From the NCBI GenBank assembly GCA_012524135.1, contig JAAYSE010000127.1, positions 1-57,832 on the forward strand: a DNA stretch of 57,832 bases. Direction: 5' to 3'. The notes under the pieces were generated by a model that made no database searches, was not told the origin of the DNA, and saw nothing but the letters and a program-made list of their open reading frames with translations. The translations under genes were made by a program, and so were the position numbers. Position 1 is the stretch's first letter; each line of letters begins with the position of its first letter. This DNA comes from Candidatus Epulonipiscium sp. (GTDB lineage Bacteria > Bacillota > Clostridia > Lachnospirales > JAAYNZ01). This document shows positions 8,653 through 18,628 of the stretch, in pieces.

Positions 8653-10173
8653 ATGAAAGAATATAATGAAATTTTAAATTGTGAAGTCGATCTACAAGCG
8701 GTTGACAAAATTAATTATCACTTTGCTAAATTGCATCAATTGATTCCTATTGGAATGGAACAAAATACTTTACATGTAGCTATCGTTGATCCCTTTAATT
8801 TTGTAGCTATAGATAATCTACGCCATATGACAGGAATGGAAATTGATATTATTCCGTTTTCACAAGAACAGATGGAACAGGTTATTGATTTTTATTATGA
8901 AAAACAAAGAGTGGAGGAAGCAGCTCAATTATTTCAACAAAATACAATTTCTAGTGATCATTTTAAAGTACATGAACATACAGAAGAAGACCAGATTAGT
9001 GATGCTCCTATTGTCAAAATTGTAGATGGTATTTTAAAGCAAGGTTTTCGATTACAAGCCAGTGATATTCATATTGAACCTTTATCGCAAACGATACGTG
9101 TTCGTTATCGTATTCATGGTGATTTAAAAACAGTAATGAATTATGATATTCAACTTTTAAGTTCTATTGCAACACGTATTAAGGTGATGGCAGGGCTTAA
9201 TATTGCAGAACAAAGAAAACCTCAAGATGGAAAAATTGTTTTACCTATTCAAAATTCATTAAAAGAATTGAGAGTATCCACTATTCCTACCATTCATGGC
9301 GAAAAGATTGTTTTACGACTAATGAAAAAAGATACTATATATCAAGATATGAAAAAGCTAGGTTTTTTTACTAAAGATTTAAAACTATTTCAATCGATGT
9401 TGGAACAACCACATGGTATTTGTTTGATTTCAGGTCCTACTGGATGTGGAAAGTCTACTACATTATATGCGGCACTTTCTAAATTAAATCAAGAAGAAAG
9501 TAATATTGTTACTATAGAGGATCCAGTAGAAGCAGACATAGAAGGCATTAACCAAATGCAAATTAATCCTAAATCAGGATTAGAATTTGTTTCTGCTTTA
9601 CGATATGTATTACGACAAGATCCAGATATTATTATGGTGGGCGAAATTCGTGATAAAGAAACAGCTCAGCTTTCTATTAAGGCTGCTTTAACAGGACATT
9701 TAGTTCTTAGTACACTTCATACAAACGATGCTGTTAGTACAATTGTGCGCCTTTTAGATATGGGTATAGATCCTTTTTTAATCGGGAGCACTTTACTAGG
9801 AGTGGTTTCTCAACGATTAATTCGATGTTTGTGTCCTAAATGTAAAATAGCGTACTATCCTTCTAAAGAAGAAATAGATTTTTTACAAATTACTAAAAGT
9901 GATAAAATTACTAATTTGTTTCAAGCAAAAGGTTGTAGTTATTGCCATTTTACGGGGTATAAGGAACGTACTGGAGTTTATGAAACGCTTTTTATTTCTC
10001 CTACCATTCGTCAAATGATTTATGAAAAACAATTGCCAGATATCATACGCAATCAAGCTTTACAAGAAGGAATGACAACATTATTTCAGCATGGACGATA
10101 TTTAGTATTTCAAGGAGTTACAACAGTAGATGAACTTATTCACATTGCGTACTCTTTGGATGAAAAAAAATAA
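8653..10173 (+). CDS. pilB: Type IV pilus assembly ATPase PilB (GspE family)
   Basis: T2SSE N-terminal domain, Walker A GPTGCGKST, Walker B/Asp box IIMVGEIRD, His box LVLSTLHTND, and a tetracysteine CPKC...CSYC. The ATG at 8653 follows GGAGGA; the ATG at 8641 is an alternative start. Confidence 0.9.
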   Translation: MKEYNEILNCEVDLQAVDKINYHFAKLHQLIPIGMEQNTLHVAIVDPFNFVAIDNLRHMTGMEIDIIPFSQEQMEQVIDFYYEKQRVEEAAQLFQQNTISSDHFKVHEHTEEDQISDAPIVKIVDGILKQGFRLQASDIHIEPLSQTIRVRYRIHGDLKTVMNYDIQLLSSIATRIKVMAGLNIAEQRKPQDGKIVLPIQNSLKELRVSTIPTIHGEKIVLRLMKKDTIYQDMKKLGFFTKDLKLFQSMLEQPHGICLISGPTGCGKSTTLYAALSKLNQEESNIVTIEDPVEADIEGINQMQINPKSGLEFVSALRYVLRQDPDIIMVGEIRDKETAQLSIKAALTGHLVLSTLHTNDAVSTIVRLLDMGIDPFLIGSTLLGVVSQRLIRCLCPKCKIAYYPSKEEIDFLQITKSDKITNLFQAKGCSYCHFTGYKERTGVYETLFISPTIRQMIYEKQLPDIIRNQALQEGMTTLFQHGRYLVFQGVTTVDELIHIAYSLDEKK

Positions 10174-10189
10174 CATAAAGGAGATCAAA

Positions 10190-11410
10190 ATGTTAAAACA
10201 GTATCGATATCGTGGGAAAAATTCACAGGGAGAAACGGTTCGTGGAGTAATGAAACATTATACAGAAGATCACGTTATTCGTTATTTAAAGCAAAAAGAA
10301 ATATGGATTTCTCATATTCAAGAAAGGCATCCTATTTGGAATAGTATAGAAGGTATTCCTTTTCAAAAGAAAATTTCTAAAAAAGATTTGTCTATGTTTT
10401 TTTTCCAACTCTCTACAATGTTATCGATTGGAGTTTCTATGTTAGAAGCTTTAGAAACGATACAAGAGCAAATGAAACCTATTTCATTGCGCTATGCAAT
10501 AGAAGAAATATATATGCTTGTTCAACAAGGATATCCTTTATCTTTGTCTATGAAAATTCAAGGAAAATTTCCTTCTTTCTCGATTTACAGTATAGAAGTA
10601 GGAGAGAAAAGTGGAGGATTAGAACATATAGTAAGAGATTTGGGGAAATATTATGAGCAATCCAACGATATGTTCCATCAAGTAAAAACAGCATTAACTT
10701 ATCCTATCTTTGTTATAATTACTACCCTTCTTATTTTTATTGCCTTTTTGTATTTTTTACTACCCATTTTTTGCGATTTATTAAACTCAGTAACAGATTC
10801 GATTCCGCCCTATACACGTAAATTACTCCAATGGATGGAGTTTATCCAAAGAACGGGGTGGATGTGGGGAATTGGATGCGCTTTTCTAATTTTAAGTATC
10901 TTTTTATATACTAAAACAAAGAAAGGTACTCAGAGATGGCATTGTTTTTTGTTACACGTACCTATTATAGGATCTTTAAAAATTCAATGGATGATTGTTC
11001 ATTTTGCAAAAACATTAGAAATTTTATTAGGTAGTGGTATTCCTTTGTTGTCTGCTCTAGAACAATCTATAGGGATGTTACAAAATCCTTATGTGGAATT
11101 TAAATTTAGAAAAAGTATACAGAATGTTCGGGCAGGTAATATATTATCAAAAGAAATGCAGGAATATTCTTTTTTTCCTAAAACATTTATTCAAATGGTT
11201 GCTTTAGGAGAAAAAACAGGGGATTTAGAGGGAATGATGAGGAAAGCCTCTAATTTATATGAACAAGAGATGAATCGAAATTTTAAACAATTAATCGTTT
11301 TGCTAGAACCAATTTTAATTGTATTTGTTGCTTGTTTAGTAGGAAGTATGATTTTTATTGTTATTCAACCTGTTTTACAACTTTTAAATACCATTGGGGA
11401 GGTATTGTAA
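10190..11410 (+). CDS. pilC: Type IV pilus platform protein PilC (GspF family)
   Basis: Two GspF-type repeats, polytopic TM topology, and position after pilB. The ATG at 10190 is preceded by AAGGAGA. The track start at 10130 would overlap pilB. Confidence 0.9.
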   Translation: MLKQYRYRGKNSQGETVRGVMKHYTEDHVIRYLKQKEIWISHIQERHPIWNSIEGIPFQKKISKKDLSMFFFQLSTMLSIGVSMLEALETIQEQMKPISLRYAIEEIYMLVQQGYPLSLSMKIQGKFPSFSIYSIEVGEKSGGLEHIVRDLGKYYEQSNDMFHQVKTALTYPIFVIITTLLIFIAFLYFLLPIFCDLLNSVTDSIPPYTRKLLQWMEFIQRTGWMWGIGCAFLILSIFLYTKTKKGTQRWHCFLLHVPIIGSLKIQWMIVHFAKTLEILLGSGIPLLSALEQSIGMLQNPYVEFKFRKSIQNVRAGNILSKEMQEYSFFPKTFIQMVALGEKTGDLEGMMRKASNLYEQEMNRNFKQLIVLLEPILIVFVACLVGSMIFIVIQPVLQLLNTIGEVL

Positions 11411-11817
11411 TGAAAAATAAAGGTTTTACCCTTATAGAAATAGCAATAGTATTATGTATTTTAGGATTATTAACGGCTATTGGTATTCCTAATCTTACTG
11501 GTTATATGCAAACCACTTATAGTAAATTAGATTTGGTTACAGGAACATTAATAGCAGAAGGAATGCTACAAGCTATGACAGAAGGATATAAAATTCAACC
11601 GACATACGATACTTACATAGAAATTAAAGAAGAAGGAATTTTGTTAGATAAGAACCAACAGTCTATTTCTCTTACTCATTATATTTCTGAAATTCCTATA
11701 CCAAAAGAAAAACATTATACTCATTTTGCGTATCAGTATACTAGCACAGGAGCTTTACGTATTGTTAAAATTCATTCAGATTCTTCGAAAGTTCAAGTAT
11801 ATCCTTTTATTCAATAA
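11410..11817 (+). CDS. pilA: Type IV major pilin candidate (prepilin, 135 aa)
   Basis: MKNKG|FTLIEIAIVLCILGLLTAIGIP is a canonical short basic leader with G-1, F+1 and E+5. The ATG overlaps the pilC stop (GTAATG). Small size and position after pilB-pilC support the call. Confidence 0.8.
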   Translation: MKNKGFTLIEIAIVLCILGLLTAIGIPNLTGYMQTTYSKLDLVTGTLIAEGMLQAMTEGYKIQPTYDTYIEIKEEGILLDKNQQSISLTHYISEIPIPKEKHYTHFAYQYTSTGALRIVKIHSDSSKVQVYPFIQ

Positions 11818-11858
11818 AAGATATAAAATATAAAAATAAGAAAGGCAAGAATGGTAAA

Positions 11859-13283
11859 ATGAGGAAGAAAATTTATGGTATTCTTCATATCAGTAATTAT
11901 TGGATTACGGGAATGATAATAGAAAGAAAAAAACATGAAACTATAATACTTTCGTCACAAAAATGGGAAATATGCCAATCTACCGATAAACTAGAAGATC
12001 AGTTAGCAGAAAGTACCAAAAAAGTTTTACTTTCATTTTTAACTACATTATCCAATAAAAAGGTCAAAATTATTTTAACATTTTCACATTCTGACATTTT
12101 AACAAGAGAAATTGAATTACCGAAGACATCTAAAAAAGAAAGAGATCATATGTTACAAATTCATTTAAAATCTGTTTTACCCACTACCATTCATCAATAC
12201 TTAATTCATTCTACAAAAATTCCTAATATAGATTTTAATTTAAAACTTACGGATAAATGGCTAATTATCGCTTTACCATATACGATGGTCAAACCTTATA
12301 TTCTCTTTGTGGAAGATCAAGGGTTTCGTATTGAGAAAATTGATTATATGGGATATGATTTTCAGCAAACTCTTTTTGAGAATATAGATATTTCCAAATG
12401 TAGCACATCGTATATAGCTTTTATAGAAAAAAGAGTAGGAGAAATGAATATCTATTTATATTATAAACAACTACTTTGTTTTAGTCGTCACTATGCTTAT
12501 GAAGATAAAAATGAAGAATCGTGCTTGAACCATTTAAAGTATTTCTTAGAATTTTTTTATCATCGTATTTCTAATACTCCCTTATCTCTTATATTTATTT
12601 CTGATGAAAAAAATAAAGAAAAACATTCTTTATTTCAATTATTGGAAAGTAAAGAATATCCAATAGATAGTTACCAGCAATATGATTATCATTTATTATT
12701 TAATAATAGTTTAATAAAGGTGGATAAACCTAATGTGTTATGGACTTTTTTATCTACAAATTCTAAAAAAATTGTTGAGGATAGTTTTTTCTTTTCAAAA
12801 AGGAAGAAAAAGTTATGTTTATTTTTAATATTTTTTATGCTATTAACAGGAAGTTCTGCAATAGGACATTATTATCTATTTCAATATGAAAAATATATGG
12901 TGTCGGTTATCAAAGATTTTCATATCGAACAACAAGACTATGATTATTTTCTTCTATTGAAAAATATTTTACATAAACAGCAAACAGCTATTCATTATGT
13001 GGACATACAGCATTCGCCTAATATTGCTTTATTCGAATCGATTTCTTGGATTATAAAACAAAATGATGTTCAAATTAATACTTTAAATTATTCTAATCAT
13101 ATATGGGAAATAGAAGGCGAAGCCTTAGAATACGACTCTATTCTTCAATTTTTTCAACATTTAGAAGAAGTAGTTGTAAATCAAAAATTTTTTTTACAAA
13201 GTATTTGGAAAGATGAATCAAAGGAAAGTTACAAGAATCGATATAAGTTTCGATTTATAATATTTGAAAAGGAGGATTTATAA
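11859..13283 (+). CDS. PilM-PilN fusion-like assembly protein
   Basis: The N-terminal 300 aa or so sit in the PilM position (weak similarity). There is an internal TM (LCLFLIFFMLLTGSSAIGHYYLF) and a C-terminal PilN-sized domain. This organisation is like the pilMN fusions reported in Clostridioides T4P clusters. The RBS is weak. Confidence 0.5.
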   Translation: MRKKIYGILHISNYWITGMIIERKKHETIILSSQKWEICQSTDKLEDQLAESTKKVLLSFLTTLSNKKVKIILTFSHSDILTREIELPKTSKKERDHMLQIHLKSVLPTTIHQYLIHSTKIPNIDFNLKLTDKWLIIALPYTMVKPYILFVEDQGFRIEKIDYMGYDFQQTLFENIDISKCSTSYIAFIEKRVGEMNIYLYYKQLLCFSRHYAYEDKNEESCLNHLKYFLEFFYHRISNTPLSLIFISDEKNKEKHSLFQLLESKEYPIDSYQQYDYHLLFNNSLIKVDKPNVLWTFLSTNSKKIVEDSFFFSKRKKKLCLFLIFFMLLTGSSAIGHYYLFQYEKYMVSVIKDFHIEQQDYDYFLLLKNILHKQQTAIHYVDIQHSPNIALFESISWIIKQNDVQINTLNYSNHIWEIEGEALEYDSILQFFQHLEEVVVNQKFFLQSIWKDESKESYKNRYKFRFIIFEKEDL

Positions 13284-13289
13284 AATATT

Positions 13290-13883
13290 ATGAAAAGAAA
13301 GATAAATAAAAAATTTTATAGGATAGATGTATTATTATTTATGATTGGTATGATATTTCTTTTTATCAATTGTCAGAATATACAAATGTGTAAAAACATT
13401 TATTCCTATAAAAAACAAAGTAAACAGTGGGAAAGAGAAGGTCTAAAAAGAGGATTTGTTTTAAAAGATCAAATTCAATTATTACAAGAAGAATATGAAA
13501 ATAAAGAGAAATTACTTCCATTATTTTTTAAACAAAAAGATATTATTCAGGTTATTCAAGAATTAGAACAAAAAATACATATCATATTTACATCTATTTA
13601 TTTTCACGATATAGAATCTTGTTCAATACAAAAAGATATTATATTAAATAATCAAAAGGTAGATTTATCTTTTGTAGGTACTACGGATCAATTTCAAAAT
13701 TTATGTTATGAAATACAACATATGAATTTACCAGTAAAGATAGAATATTGTTATCTATCACAGGAAGCAGATAAACAAATAAGGGGAACATTAAACTGTA
13801 CTTTTTATGGATTTGACAATTTAACACTAGGGGAGAGTGTACAAAATGTATCTGCAAAATGTGAAAAAGCAAACGAACAATAG
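13290..13883 (+). CDS. PilO-like bitopic assembly protein
   Basis: N-terminal TM (IDVLLFMIGMIFLFI), a coiled-coil segment, 197 aa, and position after pilMN. RBS AAGGAGGA. Confidence 0.45.
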   Translation: MKRKINKKFYRIDVLLFMIGMIFLFINCQNIQMCKNIYSYKKQSKQWEREGLKRGFVLKDQIQLLQEEYENKEKLLPLFFKQKDIIQVIQELEQKIHIIFTSIYFHDIESCSIQKDIILNNQKVDLSFVGTTDQFQNLCYEIQHMNLPVKIEYCYLSQEADKQIRGTLNCTFYGFDNLTLGESVQNVSAKCEKANEQ

Positions 13884-14223
13884 AGGATTTATTTTAGTGG
13901 AGTTAGCTATTGGTATCGCTACTGCTTTAGTAGTAGTTTTATTTTTACATCGATTATGCCTTACAATTTGTTATTTAAATCAAGAAGCAAAATATAAAAT
14001 GGAAGCTCATTTTATTGCTCAACAATATATGGAACGAATAAAAGCAACTGGTTTATTCTATGATGAAGAAACACAATATATAGATATAAAAGATGGATGG
14101 GAGATATCTATTGTACTTCAACCTATAAAACATGTGTCAAATTCTTTATATGCAATAGGTTTAAAAGTATCAAGAGAAGAAAAGAATTATATGTCTTTAG
14201 TTTCAATGGTCATACAAGAATAG
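13846..14223 (+). CDS. Minor pilin with a prepilin-type N-terminus
   Basis: MYLQNVKKQTNNRG|FILVELAIGIATALVVVLFL. The ATG at 13846 is preceded by GGGGAGAG. It overlaps the preceding gene by 38 nt. Confidence 0.65.
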   Translation: MYLQNVKKQTNNRGFILVELAIGIATALVVVLFLHRLCLTICYLNQEAKYKMEAHFIAQQYMERIKATGLFYDEETQYIDIKDGWEISIVLQPIKHVSNSLYAIGLKVSREEKNYMSLVSMVIQE

Positions 14224-14230
14224 ATAATAG

Positions 14231-15025
14231 GTGAAAAAGATGAATCAAAATCAAAAACAGAGCGAAAAAGGTAGTATATTAATTTGGATTATGCTTTGGG
14301 CTTGTATTGCTATCTTTATGGGTATTACTATAGTAGCTGTTGGTATGGAAAGTCATGAGCAAAAGATTCATCATCAACAAGGTAAAATGGCTTTTTATAT
14401 AGGAGAAGGTGCTTGTACTTATACTTATGCACAATTAGAGTATATTGTAGAGCAAGCTATTTTAAATGGATATCAGGAAGCGATAAAAGATATGCTTGTT
14501 GCTTTAAACGATGAGAAACAACGGAGAGATGATTGGTTAATGGAAGAGGATGGGGAAGAAAACTTGAATTGTAGATGGGGAAGCTTTGATTATGATTCTA
14601 TTATTCAAAAAGGATTTGTTTATGGTTATACTTCGTATATTCAACAGTTCTTTAATAATAAAAAGGCAAGAGATGAACTTTTATTTTTATTAGAAAATGA
14701 ATTTTGGGATCAATATATCGAAAATTGGTTGATAAAATCAAAAATAGAAAAAGTTTATTTTTATCCAAAAGAAAAAGAAGTTTTATGTTATTTTACAATG
14801 AGAACAAATAGTTATGTAGATCAAGTTTTTCGTACTTTTCAATCTCTTTATACGATTTATATACCAGATAGTAGTACTATTTCTTATAAAGTAAAATGGT
14901 CGTTAATTCCTACTGTAGAAGGGATTAGATGTGAATTTGATTTTGATTTAGATCAAGATCCACAACTTTTTGCTCCTTATTCTCAATGGATTACGATGAA
15001 AGTGAGTAATCAATATGAAAGTTAA
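14231..15025 (+). CDS. PilX-N-like minor pilin
   Basis: SEKGSILIWIMLWACIAIFMGITIVAVG is a hydrophobic N-terminus without a canonical cleavage motif. Start is GTG 14231 or ATG 14240. Confidence 0.45.
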   Translation: MKKMNQNQKQSEKGSILIWIMLWACIAIFMGITIVAVGMESHEQKIHHQQGKMAFYIGEGACTYTYAQLEYIVEQAILNGYQEAIKDMLVALNDEKQRRDDWLMEEDGEENLNCRWGSFDYDSIIQKGFVYGYTSYIQQFFNNKKARDELLFLLENEFWDQYIENWLIKSKIEKVYFYPKEKEVLCYFTMRTNSYVDQVFRTFQSLYTIYIPDSSTISYKVKWSLIPTVEGIRCEFDFDLDQDPQLFAPYSQWITMKVSNQYES

Positions 15026-15470
15026 ATTAAAATCAAAAGGAATGACTTTAATCGAAGTTATAATTGTAGTAGCTATTATTGGTATTGTTATTGGAATGAT
15101 ACTACCTAATCAATTATTTTACCAACATTACAGGCTAAAAATTTATGCAAAACAATTGTGTAATGATATACGTTATGTTAGAGATTGGAATATGAATTAT
15201 AAAGAATCTTGTGCTCTTACTCTTCAAACAGATGGTTATTCTATTATAAAAAATAATAGAGTTTATAAAAAAAATCCTACTTCTTCTTTATTTGTTATCG
15301 CTTATGATCAAAAACATTCCATAATACAATTTACAATGGAAGGTGTACCTAAAATGGGTGGTACAACTATTACAGTAAGTACTAAAAAGAAAGATTATTA
15401 TATGGAAATTACGATTGTCCCAGCAAGTGGAAGGGTGTTTTTGAAGGATGAGATTCAAAAAATCAAATAA
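15015..15470 (+). CDS. GspH/FimT-like minor pilin (prepilin-type)
   Basis: MKVKLKSKG|MTLIEVIIVVAIIGIVIGMILP, with G-1 and E+5. Confidence 0.7.
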   Translation: MKVKLKSKGMTLIEVIIVVAIIGIVIGMILPNQLFYQHYRLKIYAKQLCNDIRYVRDWNMNYKESCALTLQTDGYSIIKNNRVYKKNPTSSLFVIAYDQKHSIIQFTMEGVPKMGGTTITVSTKKKDYYMEITIVPASGRVFLKDEIQKIK

Positions 15471-15969
15471 AGGATTGTCATTAATAGAAGTAATAATAGG
15501 ATGGATGTTTTTAGTATTTTTCTTTTTATTTTTTGGTAGTGTTTTTTTTAGATACATAAAGGAATTTAGAAAATTAGAAGATGAAATAACAGTACAATAT
15601 AATTTAGAAGAAGTTATGGAAAGATGGGGAAGGGGGATTTATGAATCACAAAAAATTATTGATATCGAAAGTATTAATCGAGAGAATATATTATATCAAT
15701 CCGGTTCTTATCAAATTAGAATGATTGGTTTTGATAATAAGCTATATTTTCGCCATGGACAAACATTGAATCGTTTTTATTATGGAGAAAAAAAAGCTTA
15801 TATTAATACTTTATGCGGAGATTACATTGAAGCTGTTTTTCTTACACCGTTGCCAGAAGAAAGTACTTTTTTAAATTGTAAAGGAATAAAAGTACGGTTA
15901 AAAGGATCAAAAAATAAAACTTCTCTTTTTTTAGAAACTGAATTTTATTTTCGTTTTGTAGAGGAATAA
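15448..15969 (+). CDS. Minor pilin (prepilin-type N-terminus)
   Basis: MRFKKSNKG|LSLIEVIIGWMFLVFFFLFFG. Last gene of the pilus cluster. Confidence 0.6.
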   Translation: MRFKKSNKGLSLIEVIIGWMFLVFFFLFFGSVFFRYIKEFRKLEDEITVQYNLEEVMERWGRGIYESQKIIDIESINRENILYQSGSYQIRMIGFDNKLYFRHGQTLNRFYYGEKKAYINTLCGDYIEAVFLTPLPEESTFLNCKGIKVRLKGSKNKTSLFLETEFYFRFVEE

Positions 15970-15970
15970 G

Positions 15971-15999
15971 TTGTCAAATATCTATAACATTGATATAAT
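15971..15999 (+). promoter_or_regulatory. Candidate sigma-A promoter (yqeG-aro operon)
   Basis: TTGTCA, 17 nt, TATAAT, with extended -10 TGa. Confidence 0.45.
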
Positions 16000-16074
16000 T
16001 TTATCTGCAGACCCATACTAAAGAATAATGCCTTAAAAAAGATACATAATCTATGGACAAGTGAGGTTTTTTGT

Positions 16075-16587
16075 ATGTTAAAAAGGTTTTTCCCAGATTT
16101 ATATGTAAGTTCTATTTATGAAATTCCTTATCATCAATTAAAAGATACAAAAATAAAAGGTTTAATTTTTGATATTGATAATACATTAGTTCCTTTTGAT
16201 GTAACAGTAGGAGATGCTAAACTTGTTGATCATTTTCAGTTTTTAACAGATATTGGATTTCAAATTTGTTTGGTATCTAATAATTCGAAAGAACGAGTGA
16301 GGGTTTTTAATAAAAATTTAGGAGTACATGCTATATATAAGGCCAAAAAACCATTGGCTAAAAGTTTTAAAAAAGCAATGAAAATGATGAATACCATTCC
16401 TTCACAAACAGCTATTATTGGAGATCAGGTTTTTACAGATGTATGGGGTGGAAATCGTATTGGAATCACAACGATTTTAGTTCAACCAGTAGTAAATCGT
16501 GATGAGTGGATTACAAGAATAAAACGAGGTTTAGAACAAAAAGTAATAAATATTTACTTAAAACAAAAAAAGGAGATTAAAAAATGA
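16075..16587 (+). CDS. yqeG: YqeG-family HAD-IIIA phosphatase
   Basis: FDIDNTLVPF (HAD motif I), VSNNS (motif II) and GDQVFTDVWGGNRIG (motif IV). Position before aroE matches B. subtilis. Confidence 0.75.
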   Translation: MLKRFFPDLYVSSIYEIPYHQLKDTKIKGLIFDIDNTLVPFDVTVGDAKLVDHFQFLTDIGFQICLVSNNSKERVRVFNKNLGVHAIYKAKKPLAKSFKKAMKMMNTIPSQTAIIGDQVFTDVWGGNRIGITTILVQPVVNRDEWITRIKRGLEQKVINIYLKQKKEIKK

Positions 16588-17477
16588 GTAATCAAATTAC
16601 AGGGAAAACATCTATTTATGGAGTTCTTGGATATCCGATTGAACACTCTTTGTCTCCTTTAATTCATAATTATATTGCTTCATATCTTCAACATGATTTA
16701 GTATATGTGCCTTTTTCTACACATCCAACAACATTAGAAAGAGCAATACAAGGAGCTTGGTCTTTGGGGATAGAAGGATTAAATGTAACAATTCCCTATA
16801 AAGAAAAAGTTATTCCATATCTTGTGGGAGTAGATTCTTTTGCTAGTCAAATGGGAGCAGTAAATACATTAAAGAGAACCTCAAAAGGTTATGTAGGTTA
16901 TAATACAGATGGGGTAGGTTTATTACAATCTTTAAAGCAACATGGCGTAGAGATAAAAGGGAAAACATTGATGATTTTAGGAGCAGGAGGAGCAGCTAGA
17001 GCTGCAGCTATGATAGCAGCCCATCATGGAATTACTAATTTATGGGTGATCAATCGAACATTACAACATGCTGATAAACTTATAAAAGATGTTAAAAAAT
17101 TTTATTCCATAAAAGGTCAGGCTATGTCTTGGAATCAATTACAAAATTTAAAAGAATACCCCACTATAGATATATGTATTCAAACAACACCTATTGGTAT
17201 GTATCCTAATATACAAATAAGTCCCATTAATGATATTGATTTTTTTAAGCAAATTCAAACAGTTGTTGATTTAATTTATAATCCTTTAGAAACAAAATTT
17301 TTATCGTTAGCTAAACAATCAGGTTGTCAAACGATGAACGGTTTAGAAATGCTTGTATTTCAAGGAATTAAGGCTTATGAATTATGGTTAGAATGTCAAG
17401 TTCCCTCTTCCTTGCAAGAACAGGTAGTAATAAAAATGGAACAATATTTTAAGGTAAAGGATGATAAAGTTCAATGA
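16584..17477 (+). CDS. aroE: Shikimate dehydrogenase
   Basis: GVLGYPIEHSLSPLIHN, NVTIPYKE, GAVNT, YNTDGVG and GAGGAARA. Confidence 0.9.
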   Translation: MSNQITGKTSIYGVLGYPIEHSLSPLIHNYIASYLQHDLVYVPFSTHPTTLERAIQGAWSLGIEGLNVTIPYKEKVIPYLVGVDSFASQMGAVNTLKRTSKGYVGYNTDGVGLLQSLKQHGVEIKGKTLMILGAGGAARAAAMIAAHHGITNLWVINRTLQHADKLIKDVKKFYSIKGQAMSWNQLQNLKEYPTIDICIQTTPIGMYPNIQISPINDIDFFKQIQTVVDLIYNPLETKFLSLAKQSGCQTMNGLEMLVFQGIKAYELWLECQVPSSLQEQVVIKMEQYFKVKDDKVQ

Positions 17478-18010
17478 AGAAATCCAATATTGCATTAATA
17501 GGGTTTATGGGATGCGGGAAAACAACCATTGGAAAAAATTTAGCTATCCTTCTTACATATCCATTTATTGATTCAGATAAAGAAATTGAAAAGCAAGAAG
17601 GAAAATCAATTTCAGCTATTTTTGCTCATGCTGGCGAAAGTTATTTTCGAAAAGTAGAAAAAAGAATTATAGAAAAAATTGCTAAAGGACAACATCAAGT
17701 AATTGCAACTGGTGGAGGAATTATAAAATCAAAAGATAATATCTGTATCTTACAATCAACAAGTATTTTAGTGTATTTACGAGGATCTCCAGAACAAATA
17801 TATAAAAATATAAAAGATGATAAAACACGACCATTGCTTCAAGGAAAAAATAAACAACAAATCATTAATGAAATGTTAGAAGAAAGAGAACACTTATATA
17901 AAGAAGCTGCGGACCTTGTTATTTCTATTAATAATCGTTCTATAAAAGAAATTGTTGATGATATTTATGATCAAATAGCTTCGTTGAATAGGATAGAATT
18001 CATAGATTGA
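17474..18010 (+). CDS. aroK: Shikimate kinase
   Basis: Walker [18 protein letters not shown] motif, 178 aa. Confidence 0.9.
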   Translation: MKKSNIALIGFMGCGKTTIGKNLAILLTYPFIDSDKEIEKQEGKSISAIFAHAGESYFRKVEKRIIEKIAKGQHQVIATGGGIIKSKDNICILQSTSILVYLRGSPEQIYKNIKDDKTRPLLQGKNKQQIINEMLEEREHLYKEAADLVISINNRSIKEIVDDIYDQIASLNRIEFID

Positions 18011-18038
18011 AACGATGATGGTAGGGAGTGAAGAAAGA

Positions 18039-18464
18039 ATGAAAGAAATATGGGTGTTACATGGGCCTAACTTAAACTTTTTAGGTATTCGAGAACCTTC
18101 TATATATGGCTTTGAGACATTAGAATCAATGAATCAGCGTATGAAAGCAGAAGGTGATAATAAAAATTTATCTATTCAATGCTATCAATCCAATCATGAA
18201 GGAGATTTAATTGATAAATTACAGGAAGCTCATCAAAAAGGGATTCATGGTATTATTATTAATCCAGGTGCATTTACTCATTATAGTTATGCCCTTCGAG
18301 ATGCCATTGCATCCATATCTATTCCTGTTATTGAAGTTCATTTATCTAACATTTATCAGCGTGAAAATTTTCGTCATGCATCTGTTATAGCTCCTGTTTG
18401 TGTTGGTCAAATATGTGGATTTGGTTCTAAAGGGTATCTATTAGCATTAGAAGCTTTAAAATAA
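18039..18464 (+). CDS. aroQ: Type II 3-dehydroquinate dehydratase
   Basis: [36 protein letters not shown] and [15 protein letters not shown]. Start chosen at MKEIW; the track start is 18015. Confidence 0.9.
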   Translation: MKEIWVLHGPNLNFLGIREPSIYGFETLESMNQRMKAEGDNKNLSIQCYQSNHEGDLIDKLQEAHQKGIHGIIINPGAFTHYSYALRDAIASISIPVIEVHLSNIYQRENFRHASVIAPVCVGQICGFGSKGYLLALEALK

Positions 18465-18628
18465 AATTTATGATATAGTTCTTAAATTTAATATTTAACT
18501 TTCATAAGTAAATTATATCAACGTATTTTCAATAAAATTTAAGTTTGAGTAAATATAGGTATTTGTTAGAAAGTATTTTTATCTATAAGATAGAATATCT
18601 ATATAAAATATAGAAAGAGGGTATCATT

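Noticed and set aside
8653-15969. Interpreting the pilB-pilC-pilin cluster as a ComG competence pseudopilus operon
   Set aside because: The ATPase is full-length PilB type (510 aa with a T2SSE N-terminal domain) rather than the shorter ComGA. The cluster also contains PilM/N/O-type alignment proteins, which ComG operons lack.
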